Of a DNA stretch of 64,000 bases, positions 60,780 through 64,000 are shown in pieces. Within the stretch, counting starts at the first letter, position 1, and each line of letters begins with the position of its first letter. A program made the position numbers and the translations under genes. The notes below the pieces were generated by a model. The model was not told where the DNA came from and made no database searches. It worked only from the letters and a program-made list of their open reading frames with translations. Origin of the DNA: an uncultured Poribacteria bacterium (lineage in GTDB: Bacteria > Poribacteria > WGA-4E > WGA-3G); assembly GCA_951813565.1 (NCBI GenBank), contig OX638351.1, positions 2,912,001 through 2,976,000 of the forward strand, given 5' to 3'.

Positions 60780-61604
60780 ATGTCTATTCATAGACCTGAA
60801 AAATCATTTTGGCAGAAATACTGGACATATATTGTCATCTGTGCTGTAATGGTTTCGTTGCTGGGATTTCTTGGCGTATATAACTCACACCTACAACTTT
60901 TAGCACGCAAAGAATTCGGTAATAGACTCACAATGTTTAAAAAACCACCAAAGGATGCTGTTGAAGGCGGACACTGGCATGCAGATGGCACTTGGCACAA
61001 TGAGGCACACCCAAATGGGAATATCCTTCAGAAACCACCAAGACGTAAACGACCCATTACACAAGAACCGCACCCACACGATCTATTATCTGATGAGGAA
61101 CACGAGGATGTACATCGTCATGAACGCGAAAAAATAGAACTTGAACTTGAACAGAGTATGAGATATCTTGAGGATTCATGGTCAGTAATGGGTGAGGATC
61201 TAAGAGCCGATATGGAACAGCAGGAATTTGAAAGACTAATTCCAAACTTCCAAAGACAAATTCTCCACTATGAAGATTACGATTTTATTTTAACCTATCC
61301 GACACCTGAAGACATTTTGCGGCAGTATTCAGACCCTGAATCACTCGCTGCATTTTGCAATCGTTTCGCAGAATTTCAATCTCTTTTAAGAGAACTTTCA
61401 GATGAAATTAATAAACGCCCCGCATTCGCAAAAAGAATAGTGAGGTATTTTCCTGAATTTATGGAAAAGCTTGACAAAGTTTCAAAATTAGAGATTCCGC
61501 AATTCAACGTTGGAAGGACAAATGATAACCAAGACAGCGGTCCCAACGATGATGAAGGAAGCCCCAACGACGATGAAGGGGGTCCGAATACGGATGACGA
61601 CTAA
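60780..61604 (+). CDS. Membrane-anchored hypothetical protein with GGHWHxxxxWH motif
   Basis: TM helix; KPPKDAVEGGHWHADGTWHNEAH; acidic PNDDEG repeat tail; AGGAGG RBS. Confidence 0.8.
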   Translation: MSIHRPEKSFWQKYWTYIVICAVMVSLLGFLGVYNSHLQLLARKEFGNRLTMFKKPPKDAVEGGHWHADGTWHNEAHPNGNILQKPPRRKRPITQEPHPHDLLSDEEHEDVHRHEREKIELELEQSMRYLEDSWSVMGEDLRADMEQQEFERLIPNFQRQILHYEDYDFILTYPTPEDILRQYSDPESLAAFCNRFAEFQSLLRELSDEINKRPAFAKRIVRYFPEFMEKLDKVSKLEIPQFNVGRTNDNQDSGPNDDEGSPNDDEGGPNTDDD

Positions 61605-61691
61605 AATCAGTTTAGTTATAAACAGGTAGATATCAATTAAGTGCCTGTCTATGTCTTTGTACATCCGAAGATTTTATGCTTGTCCCTCGCC

Positions 61692-62897
61692 CTACAACCG
61701 ATCAACAGTATACGCCTCCAGCAACGCCGCATCAATATCCACACCAAAACCTGGCGCATCATTGAGTGTAAAAGAACCTTCGCGAGGGGAAGGACGTAAG
61801 CGTCGATAGAGTTCATTTTCAACATCATTTCGGGAGGGACCGAATGTCTCCGCCATACACGGCATCGGCAAACAGGCAGTGAGATGCAAACCCCACGGTG
61901 TGCCTGCTTGGTGAAGCCATGTTGGGATACCAAGTTCCGCTGCTTCGCGTGCAATGCGGAGGCATTCTGTAAAACCACCTGCCCAGCTCACATCAGGCTG
62001 AATCATATCTGCTGCTTGCCATCGCAAAAGTTCACGAAATCCATATCGGGTGAATTCGTGTTCACCAGAAACAATCCATGTCGGATTTACCTCTTTCACT
62101 AACTGTGCCATACCAGCATAATCGTCAAGTGGAATCGGTTCCTCAATCCATTTGAGGTTAGCGTCACTTGCTGCGTCAGCAAAACGGAGGGTATAATCCA
62201 CATCCCAACGGAGATAGATGTCTGTCATCAGTTCCACATCGGGGCCGATAGCCTCGCGTGCGGCGTGTATCATTTCAAGGTTTTGTGTGAATCCATCTTC
62301 GCCTTCCGCGAGTCCGTTTTTAAGAGGAATCTTGCATGCAGTGAATCCGTTTTCCGCATAATAACCGACATCTCCTCCCGTTGCATACGCGAGAAACTGA
62401 AGCCGCGGTATATCAGTGAAAAGGCTATAGACAGGCGCGCCTATTATCTTGCCACACAGGTCAACGAGGGCAAGTTCTATACCACTTAACGCGTAGATGA
62501 CAAGTCCGCGCCGCCCATAAATTGAGGTAACGTGATATAGGTGTTCCCAAATGTTTTCAACATCCAGTGGGTCGCATCCGAGGACGAAGTGTTGAAGATG
62601 TTTGTCAATAATCATCGCACCCGCGAGTCCACCACCACCGAGTCCGTATCCCTTTAAGCCTTTATCAGTTGTGATTTGGACGATTAACGCGCCTGCTTGT
62701 GCTGCGAAAGGACCGCGCCAATCCACATGCACATTTTGGGTTGTAGTCTGCCCGGGCATATCGCCTTTGGCAAAACCGAGCGTTGGCATTGCGCGCGGGT
62801 TTAGATTGACATGCCATGTGCGGATACCTGCTACGGTGTGGCGGGTTTTGGCACGTGTTTTCCATTGTGTAGAGAGACTTTCTTCGCTGGTTTGCAT
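61692..62897 (-). CDS. Mandelate racemase/enolase-superfamily dehydratase (rhamnonate dehydratase-like)
   Basis: ALSGIELALVDL, LMTD, WIEEP, GEHE, IQPD..WAGG. Confidence 0.85.
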   Translation of the reverse strand: MQTSEESLSTQWKTRAKTRHTVAGIRTWHVNLNPRAMPTLGFAKGDMPGQTTTQNVHVDWRGPFAAQAGALIVQITTDKGLKGYGLGGGGLAGAMIIDKHLQHFVLGCDPLDVENIWEHLYHVTSIYGRRGLVIYALSGIELALVDLCGKIIGAPVYSLFTDIPRLQFLAYATGGDVGYYAENGFTACKIPLKNGLAEGEDGFTQNLEMIHAAREAIGPDVELMTDIYLRWDVDYTLRFADAASDANLKWIEEPIPLDDYAGMAQLVKEVNPTWIVSGEHEFTRYGFRELLRWQAADMIQPDVSWAGGFTECLRIAREAAELGIPTWLHQAGTPWGLHLTACLPMPCMAETFGPSRNDVENELYRRLRPSPREGSFTLNDAPGFGVDIDAALLEAYTVDRL

Positions 62898-63136
62898 GAT
62901 ACGATTCCTATGTAATGGAACTTATATTTTCCTTAAGATTTGCAGTGTTTGTAGTCGCGCAATTCATTGCGCCTCTTTTCTTCCTGTAGGAGCGACCTCC
63001 TGGTCGCGACTTTACTGGTAAAACTTTAGGAGGCTTTGTAAACACTCCGAGCAACACATGTGAACATCTTGTAATCCCGTCAAATACCAAAAGCGTATTT
63101 GACGTTGATTCGTAAATCCTGGTTCAGACAATTAGA

Positions 63137-64000
63137 CTAACGAGGTAGCGCATGATAGCCTATGCCACTGAAAAATCCAACTACCATCCAGATGCCTACC
63201 ATCACATACTCACCAAAAATCAATCCAAATGCGATAGGACGAATCCGCCGATAGGTCATTGGACCGCCGAACTTAAGCGTGACGTATTTTATCATCCATC
63301 CGACAAAAATAGAAGACCATAGATGGAACGCAGGATAGGTAGCACCTAATAGGTATCCAATCGGATGCAATGACCACCAGACAAAACTTTGACGCATCAA
63401 GAGCATGAAGCCAGTAAAACCTGCTCCCGCAATCATACTGTAGACCTCAAGCCAATTTGTTTCAACAGAAAATTGAATGAGTCTGTTCATCTTGTTGAAA
63501 TAGCCACGCGGGGCACCGACAAATGACGAGCCTTGTAAAAACAGCGCGCCTTTGTCATAGACAAGCGTCAACGATGCGTAAACGGAAACGAGGATAGCAA
63601 CAACGAGTGAGATACCGAGTATCGGCACGATTCGGCGGCGGACCAATTGAACTTCATCGGCAGCCTTGAAACTGTGCAAGAAGTTCGGCATCATGAATTC
63701 TCCCCAATCCCGTAGAAAAGTACGCTGGAAACTGAGAACAGCCAGACTTTTTTGGCCCATTACTCCCGATCCGAGCGTAAAATTGATGTAATCCGATGGG
63801 AAGAAAGGGGCTTGCACAAGCAGTAGTCCACCGTTTACCACCATCCATGATAACACAACAGAGGTGACAAAGATTGAGAGCAGCGTGACCACTGCCACCC
63901 AAGTGGTTATGCCAGCAATCACAAAGAATACCACAAGGGTAACAAATCCGAGTAGAAATCCGAGCAGTGCCAAACGATACGGCAACGGTTCATCAGAATC
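63137..64000 (-). CDS. Polytopic membrane protein (DUF6785/DUF6784-like), 5' end outside the window
   Basis: Many TM helices; WWSLHPIGY, SIFVGWMIK..GG..YRRIRP..GLIFGE. Confidence 0.65.
   Translation of the reverse strand, partial: DSDEPLPYRLALLGFLLGFVTLVVFFVIAGITTWVAVVTLLSIFVTSVVLSWMVVNGGLLLVQAPFFPSDYINFTLGSGVMGQKSLAVLSFQRTFLRDWGEFMMPNFLHSFKAADEVQLVRRRIVPILGISLVVAILVSVYASLTLVYDKGALFLQGSSFVGAPRGYFNKMNRLIQFSVETNWLEVYSMIAGAGFTGFMLLMRQSFVWWSLHPIGYLLGATYPAFHLWSSIFVGWMIKYVTLKFGGPMTYRRIRPIAFGLIFGEYVMVGIWMVVGFFSGIGYHALPR

Noticed and set aside
61535..61600. 21-bp tandem repeat as a contingency locus
   Set aside because: Only ~2.5 degenerate in-frame copies encoding an acidic tail

Overview
A 64-kb chromosomal window that looks like Candidatus Poribacteria. 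This is inferred from the many exported WD40/TolB/LamG/propeller proteins ending in a 'VEPxGKLTTTWGxLK' tail, an 'LLQNFPNPFNPETWIPF' FlgD/T9SS-like tail, and 'GGHWHxxxWH' proteins. Housekeeping genes (ftsY, EF-G-like, holB, tmk, recJ, relA/spoT, rpmB, rsmA, coaBC, gmk) alternate with accessory modules. These include a sigma54-driven cluster of exported propeller proteins (one frameshifted, one split by an IS630 element), a PRTase+DprA pair resembling ShosTA/DprA-PRTase defence systems, a MarR-ferritin-like fusion with an ECF sigma factor, a cytochrome P460-like lipoprotein beside a Cyc2-like di-haem cytochrome-porin, alpha-2-macroglobulin+PBP1C, and a complete ISKra4/ISLre2-type IS. The most notable unexplained structure is at 47.9-50.6 kb: a three-gene operon of unknown exported proteins whose long leader is overlapped by a predicted structured antisense RNA from a convergent promoter, with a partial paralogous locus at 60.5-61.6 kb. 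Intergenic DNA is a nested mosaic of GTAG-type REP palindromes and several MITE families. No CRISPR array, rRNA or tRNA was recognised.
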